This document shows positions 1 through 8,753 of a stretch of 64,000 bases of DNA, piece after piece. The translations under genes were made by a program, and so were the position numbers. The stretch's first letter is position 1; every line of letters starts with the position of its first letter. The notes under the pieces are model-generated. The model had not been told where the DNA came from. It ran no database searches and saw only the letters and a list, made by a program, of their open reading frames with translations. Source of the stretch: Sphingopyxis sp. (lineage in GTDB: Bacteria > Pseudomonadota > Alphaproteobacteria > Sphingomonadales > Sphingomonadaceae); assembly GCF_035944815.1 (NCBI RefSeq), contig NZ_DASZAU010000006.1, forward strand, positions 36,778 through 100,777, read 5' to 3'.

Positions 1-2
1 TT

Positions 3-107
3 CCCGGCGTGACGATCGTCAAGGTGCCTGACAGCGGCCATTTCGTGCCGTGGGACGCCCCCGATGCGGTCAATGCCGCGATGGACGCGTTCCTCGCGGC
101 AAATTGA
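3..107 (+). CDS. 3' end of an alpha/beta-fold hydrolase gene (partial, runs off the left edge)
   Basis: Frame 3 is open from the window edge to TGA at 105-107. It translates PGVTIVKVPDSGHFVPWDAPDAVNAAMDAFLAAN, which looks like the C-terminal catalytic-His segment (..GHF..) of alpha/beta hydrolases. Confidence 0.45.
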   Translation, partial: PGVTIVKVPDSGHFVPWDAPDAVNAAMDAFLAAN

Positions 108-140
108 AGCAAGACGCTGTTTTCGTCGGTTTAAAAAGGT

Positions 141-166
141 GGCGGGCGGCGTATTCGCCGCCCGCC
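141..166 (+). terminator. GC-rich hairpin after the partial gene (terminator-like)
   Basis: ggcgggcggcg-tatt-cgccgcccgcc forms a perfect 11-bp stem with a 4-nt loop, 34 nt after the stop. The T tail is weak (tt then a G-run) and an A-run lies on the 5' side. Confidence 0.4.
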
Positions 167-332
167 TTGGGGGGGGTCTGGGTTGCGTGCGCAGGGCGCA
201 CTTATGATCTCGTCCGCAACGGTTTTTGCCCGACGATCATCGACGATCGGGGATTTTGAAGCGGCGATTTAACCATATAATTCGCAAAGATAGCAGGCTT
301 TCAGATTCTCCCATTCTTGCCATAATCGCGTC

Positions 333-1121
333 ATGGAAGTGGGTGGACTCAAGGTCGCCTCGATCGTGGACCGGATCGATGGGCCGTCTAGCTGGACGAT
401 CGAGCGCGATGTCCATGCGCTCTATCTATATGAGGCGGGCAGCTATCACTGGCTCGAAACATGGCTCGACGGGCAGCGCACCTCGTTGGGCGATCCCCTG
501 CCGGGTGAAATGTGGCTGGCGCCAGCCGGGCGTCGCTACCATGGCGAGGCGAAAGGCGGGGCGGTCCGCTATGTCGAGGTGGAAATCCCGATATCGCGGC
601 TGACGGTGACGCCTGATACGCGTGCGCTCGCCGCGCATTATGACCTGGCGCTTGCCGCGCTCGTGCGCGCCCTGCTTGGCGGGGACGCCGGCGCTGCCGA
701 CCCGCTGATATCGATCCTTGCCAAAACGCTCGACGGGATGGTCGTGCGACCGGAACCGCCCGCGATGGTCGCGCGCATCAACGATCTGATGGCCTATATC
801 CAGACCCAGCTCGAATCGTCACTGTCGGTCGAGGAAATGGCGGCCGGGGTGGGCATGTCGGTCAACAGCCTGATCGTCCATTTTGCGCGCGCGACGGGCC
901 TGACCCCGGCGCAATATATGCTGCGCCAGCGGTTACGCCGCGCCTGCTGGTTCCTGATGAACCGGCCGTTGTCGGTCGCCGAGATCGCCTTTGCCACGGG
1001 CTTTTCCAGCCACGCGCACCTATGCGCCATTTTTCGCCGCAAGCTTGGCATGTCGCCGGGCGAGTGGCGCCGCCGTCATGTATCGGCGATCCTGCCCGCG
1101 GCATGGGAAGAGACGGAGTAG
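333..1121 (+). CDS. AraC/XylS-family transcriptional regulator
   Basis: 262-aa ORF with a C-terminal double HTH typical of AraC (SVNSLIVHFARATGLTPAQYMLRQRL ... LSVAEIAFATGFSSHAHLCAIFRRKLGMSPGEWRR). Confidence 0.85.
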   Translation: MEVGGLKVASIVDRIDGPSSWTIERDVHALYLYEAGSYHWLETWLDGQRTSLGDPLPGEMWLAPAGRRYHGEAKGGAVRYVEVEIPISRLTVTPDTRALAAHYDLALAALVRALLGGDAGAADPLISILAKTLDGMVVRPEPPAMVARINDLMAYIQTQLESSLSVEEMAAGVGMSVNSLIVHFARATGLTPAQYMLRQRLRRACWFLMNRPLSVAEIAFATGFSSHAHLCAIFRRKLGMSPGEWRRRHVSAILPAAWEETE

Positions 1122-1167
1122 GGAATGTTGCTGGCAACGGCCGTGCTTTGGCCTTGTACCTCTGACC

Positions 1168-1599
1168 CTAGTTTTCGGGCGACAGCAGGCAACCGCTCGC
1201 ACCTGCATAGCGCGCCGAGCGCGATGCGAGCAGCGGGACGCTCCCGGTGACCGTTTTGGTCGCGGGATCCTCGCTCAGCGAAACCATTTCCATCCCCGGT
1301 TCGAAGTCGCCCTGGCAGCTGTCGAGGCTGCGCCCCTGCACATAACGACACGAACAGCCGATGCGCGCGGCATAGGCCGAACCGAGTTCGGCTTGCGCCT
1401 TGAACGAGGGGAATTTCCAGACCGCGAAGATGCCGAACAGGACCGCGATCGCCAGCACCCACGGCAGGCAGCCGCCCGAACGGCTTGGCCCTTTGGGCTT
1501 TTCGGCAGGCGGCGGGACGGGAGCGGCCGGCGGCGGAGCTGCGGGCGTTGCCTCGCCCGTTGAAGGACCGGTCGGGTTGGTGCTAGTCACCCATGCCAT
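1168..1599 (-). CDS. hypothetical single-pass membrane protein
   Basis: Distal 144 codons of track ORF 1168..1731. It has a Pro-rich N-terminus, one TM helix (CLPWVLAIAVLFGIFAVW) and a Cys-containing C-terminal domain. The start is uncertain (ATG 1599 or GTG 1590). Confidence 0.45.
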   Translation of the reverse strand: MAWVTSTNPTGPSTGEATPAAPPPAAPVPPPAEKPKGPSRSGGCLPWVLAIAVLFGIFAVWKFPSFKAQAELGSAYAARIGCSCRYVQGRSLDSCQGDFEPGMEMVSLSEDPATKTVTGSVPLLASRSARYAGASGCLLSPEN

Positions 1600-2755
1600 G
1601 ATCACGAAAAAACGGCTGCTGGCAAGTGCCGCCCTCGCGATGCTGGGTGCCTGGTCGCTCACGCAGGCGGCGGGGCAGGGCAATATGGCGCCCGCATCGC
1701 CCGCGCCGAAATTCGGCGCTTCGATCGACAATATCGCTGCGGCCGATACGCCGCAAGCGCTGCCCGCCTTGCCCGCGGCGATCCGGACCCGCGCCGACGC
1801 GCTGTTCAGCGATGCCGACGACGTCGGGCAGACGCGCGCGCTCCTAGTGCTGCGCGACGGCGAGCTGATTTACGAACGCTATGGCGCGGGTTTCGGTGCC
1901 GACAGCAAGCTGATCAGCTGGTCGATGGCGAAAAGCATCACCGCGGTGCTCACCGGCTTCCTCGTTGCCGACGGCCAATTGTCGCTCGACGGACCCGCGC
2001 CCGTCGCCGCCTGGCAGCGTAGCGGCGATCCGCGCGGCGCGATCACGCTGCGCCACCTGCTCCACATGTCGTCGGGGCTCGAGCATGTCGAAAATGGCGA
2101 CCCGGTGTGGCAGGGCGACACGGTGACGATGTTGTTCGGCAGCGCGGCGGACGATATGGCGGGTTTCGCCGAAGCGAAGCCGGCGGCCGCGCAGCCCGAC
2201 GAGGTTTTCAACTACAGCTCGGCGACCAGCGTGATCCTGTCGGATATATTGGCGGACACGCTGACGCCGTCGCGAAACCCCGATGCGCGGCGTGACGCGA
2301 TGCGCGACTTTATCGCCGGCCGGCTGGTGGAACCGCTCGGGATGACCAGCCTGACACCCGAATATGATGCGCGCGGGACGATGATCGGCGGGTCGATCAT
2401 GCACGCAACGGCGCGCGACTATGCGAAATTCGGCGAATTCCTGCGCAATCGCGGCGTGGTGAACGGTCAGCGGCTGCTACCCGAAACCTGGATCCGCTTC
2501 ATGTTGACGCCCTCGGGCAAGGATGCCGGCTATGGCGGTCATATCTGGCTCAACCGGAAACGGCCCGCGGGCGTGACCCCCGCGCTATGGCCCGACCGGG
2601 GGCCGAACGACCTGTTCGCGTGCATCGGTCATCAGGGGCAATATATCATCGTGTCGCCGTCGCAGCGGGTGACGATCGTGCGGCTGGGCGTGACGACCGA
2701 CGACCAGTTCCCCGAATTGCGCCGGCATCTCGCCGACCTGACAGAGGCGCTTTGA
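1598..2755 (+). CDS. serine hydrolase, beta-lactamase/transpeptidase-like family (secreted)
   Basis: Track ORF 1400..2755 trimmed to ATG 1598, which gives a signal peptide MITKKRLLASAALAMLGAWSLTQAAG. An SxxK motif (SWSMAKSI) fits the class-C beta-lactamase/esterase family. Confidence 0.8.
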   Translation: MITKKRLLASAALAMLGAWSLTQAAGQGNMAPASPAPKFGASIDNIAAADTPQALPALPAAIRTRADALFSDADDVGQTRALLVLRDGELIYERYGAGFGADSKLISWSMAKSITAVLTGFLVADGQLSLDGPAPVAAWQRSGDPRGAITLRHLLHMSSGLEHVENGDPVWQGDTVTMLFGSAADDMAGFAEAKPAAAQPDEVFNYSSATSVILSDILADTLTPSRNPDARRDAMRDFIAGRLVEPLGMTSLTPEYDARGTMIGGSIMHATARDYAKFGEFLRNRGVVNGQRLLPETWIRFMLTPSGKDAGYGGHIWLNRKRPAGVTPALWPDRGPNDLFACIGHQGQYIIVSPSQRVTIVRLGVTTDDQFPELRRHLADLTEAL

Positions 2756-2787
2756 AACGGCGGCGCCGATCGGCGCCGCTTCGAGCA

Positions 2788-3615
2788 TCAGAGCAGGAAA
2801 TCGCCAACCAATGTGGTGACGCAGGTGCCGCTGAGTTCGACCATGTCGCCGTCGAGGCGGCAGCCGACATGGCCGCCGCGCGCGCTCGCCTGATAGGCCG
2901 CGAAATGGTCGCGCCCGAGGCGCGTCGTCCAATAGGGCGTCAGCACGCTGTGCGCCGAACCGGTCACCGGGTCTTCGGGAATTCCCGCACCCGGTGCAAA
3001 GGCACGGCTGACCACATCGGCGCCCGATGGGTCGCCCGCGCCGGGCGCGGTCGCGATGTACAGGATGTCGCCTTCGCTCAGTGCGGCCAGATCGGGCGTC
3101 AGGGCGCGCACGTCTTCGGCGCTGCGATAGGCGATCAGCGCATAGCCGCCGTCGTGCCACAGCGTTTCGACGACATCGCCGCCCATGGCACGCGCGATAT
3201 CGGGCATCGGCTTCGCGGCCGCGCGATAGGCGGGCAGCTTCATGCGGTAACGGTCCTGGTCGTCGTCGTCACCGTCGCGCGCGACCGTCAAGATCCCCGC
3301 CTTGCGGGTGCGAAAGCGCATGTCGCCGCGCCATTGCGCTGCTGAAAGCAGGACATGCCCGCTTGCCAGCGTCGCATGGCCGCACAGCGCGACTTCGATC
3401 GTCGGGGTGAACCAGCGCAGCTCATAATCGGCCTCGCCGCTCTCGTCAGGGATCAGGAAGGCGGTTTCGGCAAGGTTGTTCTCGGCCGCGATGGCTTGCA
3501 GCGTCGCATCGTCGAGCCATTCCTCGAGCGGCATCACTGCCGCGGGATTGCCGGTAAAAGGCCGGTCGGCAAAGGCGTCGACCTGGCTGATCGGAAGGCG
3601 GCGTGCAGCGCTCAT
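2788..3615 (-). CDS. PhzF-family isomerase-like protein
   Basis: 275 aa. The N-terminus ISQVDAFADRPFTGNPAAVM and the overall pattern match PhzF/YddE-family proteins. Its ATG overlaps the pdxH stop (ATGA). Confidence 0.85.
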   Translation of the reverse strand: MSAARRLPISQVDAFADRPFTGNPAAVMPLEEWLDDATLQAIAAENNLAETAFLIPDESGEADYELRWFTPTIEVALCGHATLASGHVLLSAAQWRGDMRFRTRKAGILTVARDGDDDDQDRYRMKLPAYRAAAKPMPDIARAMGGDVVETLWHDGGYALIAYRSAEDVRALTPDLAALSEGDILYIATAPGAGDPSGADVVSRAFAPGAGIPEDPVTGSAHSVLTPYWTTRLGRDHFAAYQASARGGHVGCRLDGDMVELSGTCVTTLVGDFLL

Positions 3616-4202
3616 GGATATAGATATCCTTTCGTCCAGCCATCGCCGGCGCGTTCGAACAGCGTGCGTTCGTGCAGCCGGTGGGCGCGATCCTGCCAGA
3701 ATTCGATGCGCGAAGGATTAACGCGCCAGCCCGACCAACGCGGCGGGCGGGGCACGTCCTGTCCCGCGAAACGCGCCTGCATTTCCTCGAAGCGCGCCTC
3801 GAAGGTGGCGCGCGCGTCGAGCGGGCGCGACTGGTCGCTCGCCCAGGCGCCAAGCTGGCTGTCGCGGCTGCGCGTCGCGAAATAGGCGTCGGCGACCCTG
3901 TCATCGACCTGTTCGACCGGCCCCTCGATGCGAATCTGTCGGCGCAGCGACTTCCAGTGAAAGAGCAGTGCAACATGCGGGTTTGCCGCCAGTTCATTGC
4001 CCTTGCGGCTGTCGAGGTTGGTGTAGAAGACGAACCCGTCCGGCCCATGCCCCTTCAGCAGCACCATGCGCAGCGACGGATGGCCGTCGGCCGTCGTCGT
4101 TGCGAGCGCCATCGCGTTGGAGTCATTGGGCTCGCTGGCGCGCGCTTCGGCGAACCAGCTGTCGAACAGGGCAAAGGGATCGTCGCTCATCCGCGCGGTC
4201 AT
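3612..4202 (-). CDS. pdxH: pyridoxamine 5'-phosphate oxidase
   Basis: Conserved PdxH segments are present (FVFYTNLDSRKGNELAANPHVALLFHWKSLRRQIRIEG ... IEFWQDRAHRLHER). The start is trimmed to ATG 4202; ATG 4190 is also possible. Confidence 0.88.
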   Translation of the reverse strand: MTARMSDDPFALFDSWFAEARASEPNDSNAMALATTTADGHPSLRMVLLKGHGPDGFVFYTNLDSRKGNELAANPHVALLFHWKSLRRQIRIEGPVEQVDDRVADAYFATRSRDSQLGAWASDQSRPLDARATFEARFEEMQARFAGQDVPRPPRWSGWRVNPSRIEFWQDRAHRLHERTLFERAGDGWTKGYLYP

Positions 4203-4323
4203 AATGCGGCACGCGGGCGCGGTCGAGCGCGATATGGGGAACTTGACCGCCTCGCTGGACATTCCCACATCGCGCACGCAATCGGGCTTCACGCCCAGTC
4301 ACTTATCGGGCTACAGGAGCAAG

Positions 4324-5238
4324 ATGGCCGATCCCTATTCCACCCTGGGCGTTGCGAAGAGTGCAAGCGATGCGGAAATCAAGTCCGCCTATCGCAAGCT
4401 CGCCAAGGAACTGCACCCCGACAAGAACAAGGACAATCCGAAGGCGTCGGAGAAATTCTCCGACGTGACGAAGGCGTATGACCTCTTGTCCGACAAGGCC
4501 AAGCGCGCGCAATTTGATCGCGGCGAAATCGACGGCGACGGCAATCCCGCGATGCCCTTCGGCTATGGCGGCGGCGGTTTTCGCGGCGATCCGCGCGGGC
4601 AGGGCGGCTTCGGCAACGAAAGCGCCGATTTCGGCGACATTTTCGAAGGCCTATTCGGCGGCCGCGGCGGTGGCGGCGGACCGTTCGGCGGTTTCGGCGG
4701 GCGCAGTGCGCCGTCGGCCAAGGGCGCCAATGTCGCCTATCGCCTTTCGGTATCCTTCATCGACGCCGCGACGCAGGCGCCGCAGCGCATCACGCTGGCC
4801 GGCGGCGGCACGATCGACCTGAAGCTGCCCGCCGGGGTCGAAACCGGGACGCAGATGCGCCTCGCCGGCAAGGGGCAGCAGGGCCCCGGCGGCACCGGCG
4901 ACGGCATCGTGACGATCACCGTCAAGGATCATCCCTTTTATGTGCGCGAGGGTACCAATATCCGGCTCGACCTGCCGGTGACGCTGAACGAGGCGGTCAA
5001 GGGCGCCAAGATCAAGGTGCCGACCGTCGACGGCCCCGTCATGCTGTCGATCCCGGCGGGTTCCTCGTCCGGCAAGGTGATGCGCCTCAAAGGAAAGGGG
5101 TTCAGTCAGAAGAGCGGCGGCCGCGGCGACCAGCTCGTCCGTTTGATGGTCGACCTGCCCGCCGACGACGAGGCGCTGATCAAGCTGCTCAGCGAATGGA
5201 CCGATCCGCGCGACGTGCGGGCGGAGCTTGGCGTGTGA
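4324..5238 (+). CDS. DnaJ-family co-chaperone without zinc finger (CbpA-like)
   Basis: Track ORF trimmed to ATG 4324. It has a J-domain (DPYSTLGVAKSASDAEIKSAYRKLAKELHPDKN), a G/F-rich linker and DnaJ C-terminal domains, but no CxxCxGxG repeats. Confidence 0.88.
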   Translation: MADPYSTLGVAKSASDAEIKSAYRKLAKELHPDKNKDNPKASEKFSDVTKAYDLLSDKAKRAQFDRGEIDGDGNPAMPFGYGGGGFRGDPRGQGGFGNESADFGDIFEGLFGGRGGGGGPFGGFGGRSAPSAKGANVAYRLSVSFIDAATQAPQRITLAGGGTIDLKLPAGVETGTQMRLAGKGQQGPGGTGDGIVTITVKDHPFYVREGTNIRLDLPVTLNEAVKGAKIKVPTVDGPVMLSIPAGSSSGKVMRLKGKGFSQKSGGRGDQLVRLMVDLPADDEALIKLLSEWTDPRDVRAELGV

Positions 5239-5241
5239 CGC

Positions 5242-6324
5242 GTGGCTGACGCCAGCGAAAAGAAGATCGTCGCCGCACTCGAGCGCGAAGTGGCCGAAGA
5301 GGTGGGCCAGGAATTTCTGGCGGAAGGCCATTCGCCCCACTCGCCCGAAGCGCGGGCCGAACGCGCCAAGCGCGTCAAGCTGCGCGCGCGCGCCGAGGGC
5401 GTCATCGCACGCGGCCGCGAACAGCTCGGACCGGGAACGCGCGCCTATCATATCGTCCGCCGCGTCGTCGTCGGCACCTATACCGACGGCTTCATTCATG
5501 CGGGCAATCTTGCCTATCTGGCGCTGATCGCGCTCTTCCCCTTCTTCATCCTGCTCGCCGCCGCGCTGTCGCTCTTTGGCGGCAGCAGCGGCGGCGAAGC
5601 GGCGATCGAGGCGGTCTTCTCGACGATGCCGCCAACCGTTGCAAAGGCGCTGTCGGGGCCGATCCGCGAAGTGATGACCGCGCGCACCGGCATCTTCCTC
5701 TGGCTCGGCGCGCTCGTCGCGCTGTGGACGGTGGGCAGCCTGATCGAGACGGTGCGCGACATCTTGCGGCGCGCCTATGGCACGCATTTTTCCAAGGGCT
5801 TTTTCCACTATCGGCTCTTGTCGATCGGTATCATCACCGGCGCGGTCGTGTTGATGCTGCTGTCGTTCAGTATGCAGGTGCTGATCGTCGGGATCGAACA
5901 GTTTGTTACGCGCGTGCTGCCCGAAAAATATCAATCGGTCGGCGTCGTCGCGATCTCGCGCGGGGTATCGGGTTTCGGGCTGTTCCTCGCGATTTACATG
6001 CTCTTCTATAGCCTGACTCCGTCGAAATACCGGCGGCGGCAATTCCCCAAATGGCCCGGCGCGCTGTTCACGACGCTCTGGTGGGTCGGGGTCACGCTGG
6101 CGCTGCCGCCGCTGCTCGCCAGCCTGCTCAGCTATGACGCAACTTACGGCAGCCTTGCGGGTGTGATGGTCGCGCTCTTCTTTTTCTATCTCGTCGGATT
6201 GGGTATGGTGATGGGCGCCGAACTCAATGCCGCTTTGGTAGAGGTTGAGGATTTGGGCCACGACGCTATTGGGCGCGTCGACGATGTAAAGTTTGAAGCC
6301 AAAACGGCCGGAGAAGAAAAATGA
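5242..6324 (+). CDS. YihY/BrkB-family inner-membrane protein
   Basis: 360 aa, GTG start, polytopic. It carries the family hallmark GNLAYLALIALFPFFILL near the first TM helix. Confidence 0.8.
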   Translation: MADASEKKIVAALEREVAEEVGQEFLAEGHSPHSPEARAERAKRVKLRARAEGVIARGREQLGPGTRAYHIVRRVVVGTYTDGFIHAGNLAYLALIALFPFFILLAAALSLFGGSSGGEAAIEAVFSTMPPTVAKALSGPIREVMTARTGIFLWLGALVALWTVGSLIETVRDILRRAYGTHFSKGFFHYRLLSIGIITGAVVLMLLSFSMQVLIVGIEQFVTRVLPEKYQSVGVVAISRGVSGFGLFLAIYMLFYSLTPSKYRRRQFPKWPGALFTTLWWVGVTLALPPLLASLLSYDATYGSLAGVMVALFFFYLVGLGMVMGAELNAALVEVEDLGHDAIGRVDDVKFEAKTAGEEK

Positions 6325-7148
6325 CGGGTCTGATGAAGGGCAAGCGCGGGCTGATCATGGGCCTTGCGAACGACAAATCGCTTGCCTGGGGTATTGCCAA
6401 GGCGCTCCACGCGCACGGCGCCGAGCTGGCGATTTCCTATCAGGGCGACGTGATGCTGAAGCGCGTCAAGCCGCTCGCCGACGAACTCGGCTGCGATTTC
6501 CTGATCGATTGCGACGTGTCCGACATGGACAATCTCGACGCCGCTTTCGGCGCGCTTTCGGCGCGCTGGCCGTCGATCGATTTCGTGGTGCATGCGATCG
6601 GCTATACGAACAAGGAGGCGCTGCGCGGCCATTATGCCGATGTGACGCTCGACGACTTCCTGATGACGATGAACATCAGCGTTTACAGCTTCACCGCGGT
6701 GGCCAAGCGCGCCGCGGCGATGATGACGCCCTTCGACCCCGAAACGGGCAAGGGCGGCGGCTCGCTGCTGACCCTCAGCTATTATGGCGCCGAAAAGGTG
6801 ATCCCGCACTATAACGTCATGGGCGTGGCTAAGTCGGCGCTTGAGACGAGCGTCAAATATCTCGCCAACGACTACGGTCCGCAGGGCGTGCGCGTAAACG
6901 CGATCTCGGCTGGTCCGATCAAGACGCTGGCGGCGAGCGGTATCGGCGATTTCCGCCTGATCCTCAAATGGAACGAGCATAATGCGCCGCTGCGCCGCAA
7001 CGTCACCATCGACGATGTCGGCGGCTCGGCGCTCTATCTGCTGAGCGACCTGTCGGGCGGCGTCACCGGCGAAACGCATCATGTCGACGCCGGCTATCAC
7101 ACCGTCGGGATGAAGCAGGAAGACGCCCCGGACATCGCGCTTGCCTGA
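6321..7148 (+). CDS. fabI: enoyl-[acyl-carrier-protein] reductase (NADH)
   Basis: The N-terminus LMKGKRGLIMGLANDKSLAWGIAKA and the SDR catalytic region (YNVMGVAKSALE) are typical FabI. ATGA overlap with yihY. Confidence 0.93.
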   Translation: MTGLMKGKRGLIMGLANDKSLAWGIAKALHAHGAELAISYQGDVMLKRVKPLADELGCDFLIDCDVSDMDNLDAAFGALSARWPSIDFVVHAIGYTNKEALRGHYADVTLDDFLMTMNISVYSFTAVAKRAAAMMTPFDPETGKGGGSLLTLSYYGAEKVIPHYNVMGVAKSALETSVKYLANDYGPQGVRVNAISAGPIKTLAASGIGDFRLILKWNEHNAPLRRNVTIDDVGGSALYLLSDLSGGVTGETHHVDAGYHTVGMKQEDAPDIALA

Positions 7149-7671
7149 TCCGCTCGTCATCCGTCCCGCACGCGCGGAGGATGACGAGGCCATCGACAGC
7201 CTAATCCGCGCCGCCTTCGGCGGGACCGAATATGGTCATCAGGGCGAAGCCGAGCTTGTCCGGATGCTGGGTGCGGACGGTGACGTCATGGTGTCGCTTG
7301 TCGCCGAACAGGGCGGCGATGTCGTCGGACACGTGCTGTTCAGCCGGATGGATGTCGAGGCCGACGGGGCGCCGCTTTCGGCCGCGGGTCTCGCGCCGGT
7401 TTCGGTCGCGCCCGGCCTTCAGGGGCGGGGGATCGGCGATGCGCTGATCCGCGCGGGGTTGGTTTCGCTTCGCGGACAGGGCGTGGCGATCGGCTTCGTC
7501 CTTGGTCATGAAAGCTATTACCCCCGCTTCGGTTATGCGCCCGAGCTTGCCGCGCGCTTCGTCTCGCCCTTTGCGGGCCCGCATTTGATGGCGATGATGC
7601 TGGACTCGGGCGCTATATGGCCGCAAGGCGGCCGCGCCGACTATGCACCCGCATTCGGCCGCTTGGGGTAG
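7141..7671 (+). CDS. GNAT-family N-acetyltransferase
   Basis: 176 aa with an acetyl-CoA binding motif ([13 protein letters not shown]). The TTG start given by the track is uncertain. Confidence 0.75.
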   Translation: MPDPLVIRPARAEDDEAIDSLIRAAFGGTEYGHQGEAELVRMLGADGDVMVSLVAEQGGDVVGHVLFSRMDVEADGAPLSAAGLAPVSVAPGLQGRGIGDALIRAGLVSLRGQGVAIGFVLGHESYYPRFGYAPELAARFVSPFAGPHLMAMMLDSGAIWPQGGRADYAPAFGRLG

Positions 7672-7675
7672 GGTC

Positions 7676-8752
7676 ATGAGTTTCAACAGCTTCGGACGCG
7701 TTCTTCGCTTCACCACTTGGGGGGAGAGCCATGGTCCCGCGCTCGGAGCCGTCGTCGACGGATGCCCGCCGCGCCTCTCGCTGTCCACGGCCGATATCCA
7801 ACCCTTTCTCGACAAGCGCCGCCCCGGCCAGTCGCGCCATACGACGCAGCGGCAGGAACCCGATCAGGTGCGCATCCTGTCGGGCATTTTCGAAGGCAAG
7901 ACGACGGGCACGCCGATCAGCCTGATGATCGAGAATGTCGACCAGCGATCGAAGGATTATGGCGAGATCGCGCAGGCGTACCGCCCCGGCCACGCCGATT
8001 ATGCCTATGACGCCAAATATGGCATCCGCGACTATCGCGGCGGCGGCCGGTCGAGCGCGCGCGAGACCGCGGCGCGCGTCGCCGCGGGCGGCGTCGCGCG
8101 GCTCGTGATTCCCGAGGTGCAGATTCACGCCTGGGTCGCCGAAATCGGCGGCGATGCGATCGATCCTGCGAACTTCGATCTCGAAGAAATTGATCGCAAT
8201 CCCTTTTTCTGTCCCGATCCCGCCGCGGCGCAGCGCTGGGAAGGCTTGATGGACGCTGCGCGCAAGGCGGGCAGTTCCTTGGGCGCGGTCATCGAATGCG
8301 CCGCGAGCGGCGTGCCCGCAGGCTGGGGCGCACCCATCTATGCCAAACTCGACAGCGACCTTGCGGCCGCGATGATGGGCATCAACGCGGTGAAGGGCGT
8401 CGAAATCGGCGCGGGCTTCCACGCTGCGCGTCTCCGCGGCGAGGAAAATGCCGATCCGATGCGCCCCGCCACTGACGGCAGCAATCGCCCCGATTTCCTG
8501 TCGAACAATGCCGGCGGTATCGCGGGCGGCATCTCGACCGGCCAGCCCGTCGTCGTCCGCGTCGCGTTCAAGCCGACCAGTTCGATCCTCACCCCGGTGC
8601 CAACGGTCAACAAGGCGGGCGAGGCGACCGATATCGTTACCAAGGGACGCCATGATCCGTGCGTCGGCATCCGCGGCGCACCGGTGGTCGAAGCGATGAT
8701 GGCGCTCGTGCTCGCCGACCATAAATTGCTGCACCGGGCGCAGAACGGTTGA
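7676..8752 (+). CDS. aroC: chorismate synthase
   Basis: Track ORF trimmed to ATG 7676. The N-terminus is [32 protein letters not shown] and the body is typical AroC ([26 protein letters not shown]). Confidence 0.95.
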   Translation: MSFNSFGRVLRFTTWGESHGPALGAVVDGCPPRLSLSTADIQPFLDKRRPGQSRHTTQRQEPDQVRILSGIFEGKTTGTPISLMIENVDQRSKDYGEIAQAYRPGHADYAYDAKYGIRDYRGGGRSSARETAARVAAGGVARLVIPEVQIHAWVAEIGGDAIDPANFDLEEIDRNPFFCPDPAAAQRWEGLMDAARKAGSSLGAVIECAASGVPAGWGAPIYAKLDSDLAAAMMGINAVKGVEIGAGFHAARLRGEENADPMRPATDGSNRPDFLSNNAGGIAGGISTGQPVVVRVAFKPTSSILTPVPTVNKAGEATDIVTKGRHDPCVGIRGAPVVEAMMALVLADHKLLHRAQNG

Positions 8753-8753
8753 C

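Noticed and set aside
4651-6261. 536-aa minus-strand ORF
   Set aside because: It spans the junction of the dnaJ-like and yihY genes in antisense. Its composition is extreme in Arg/Asp/Glu/His and no domain is recognisable.
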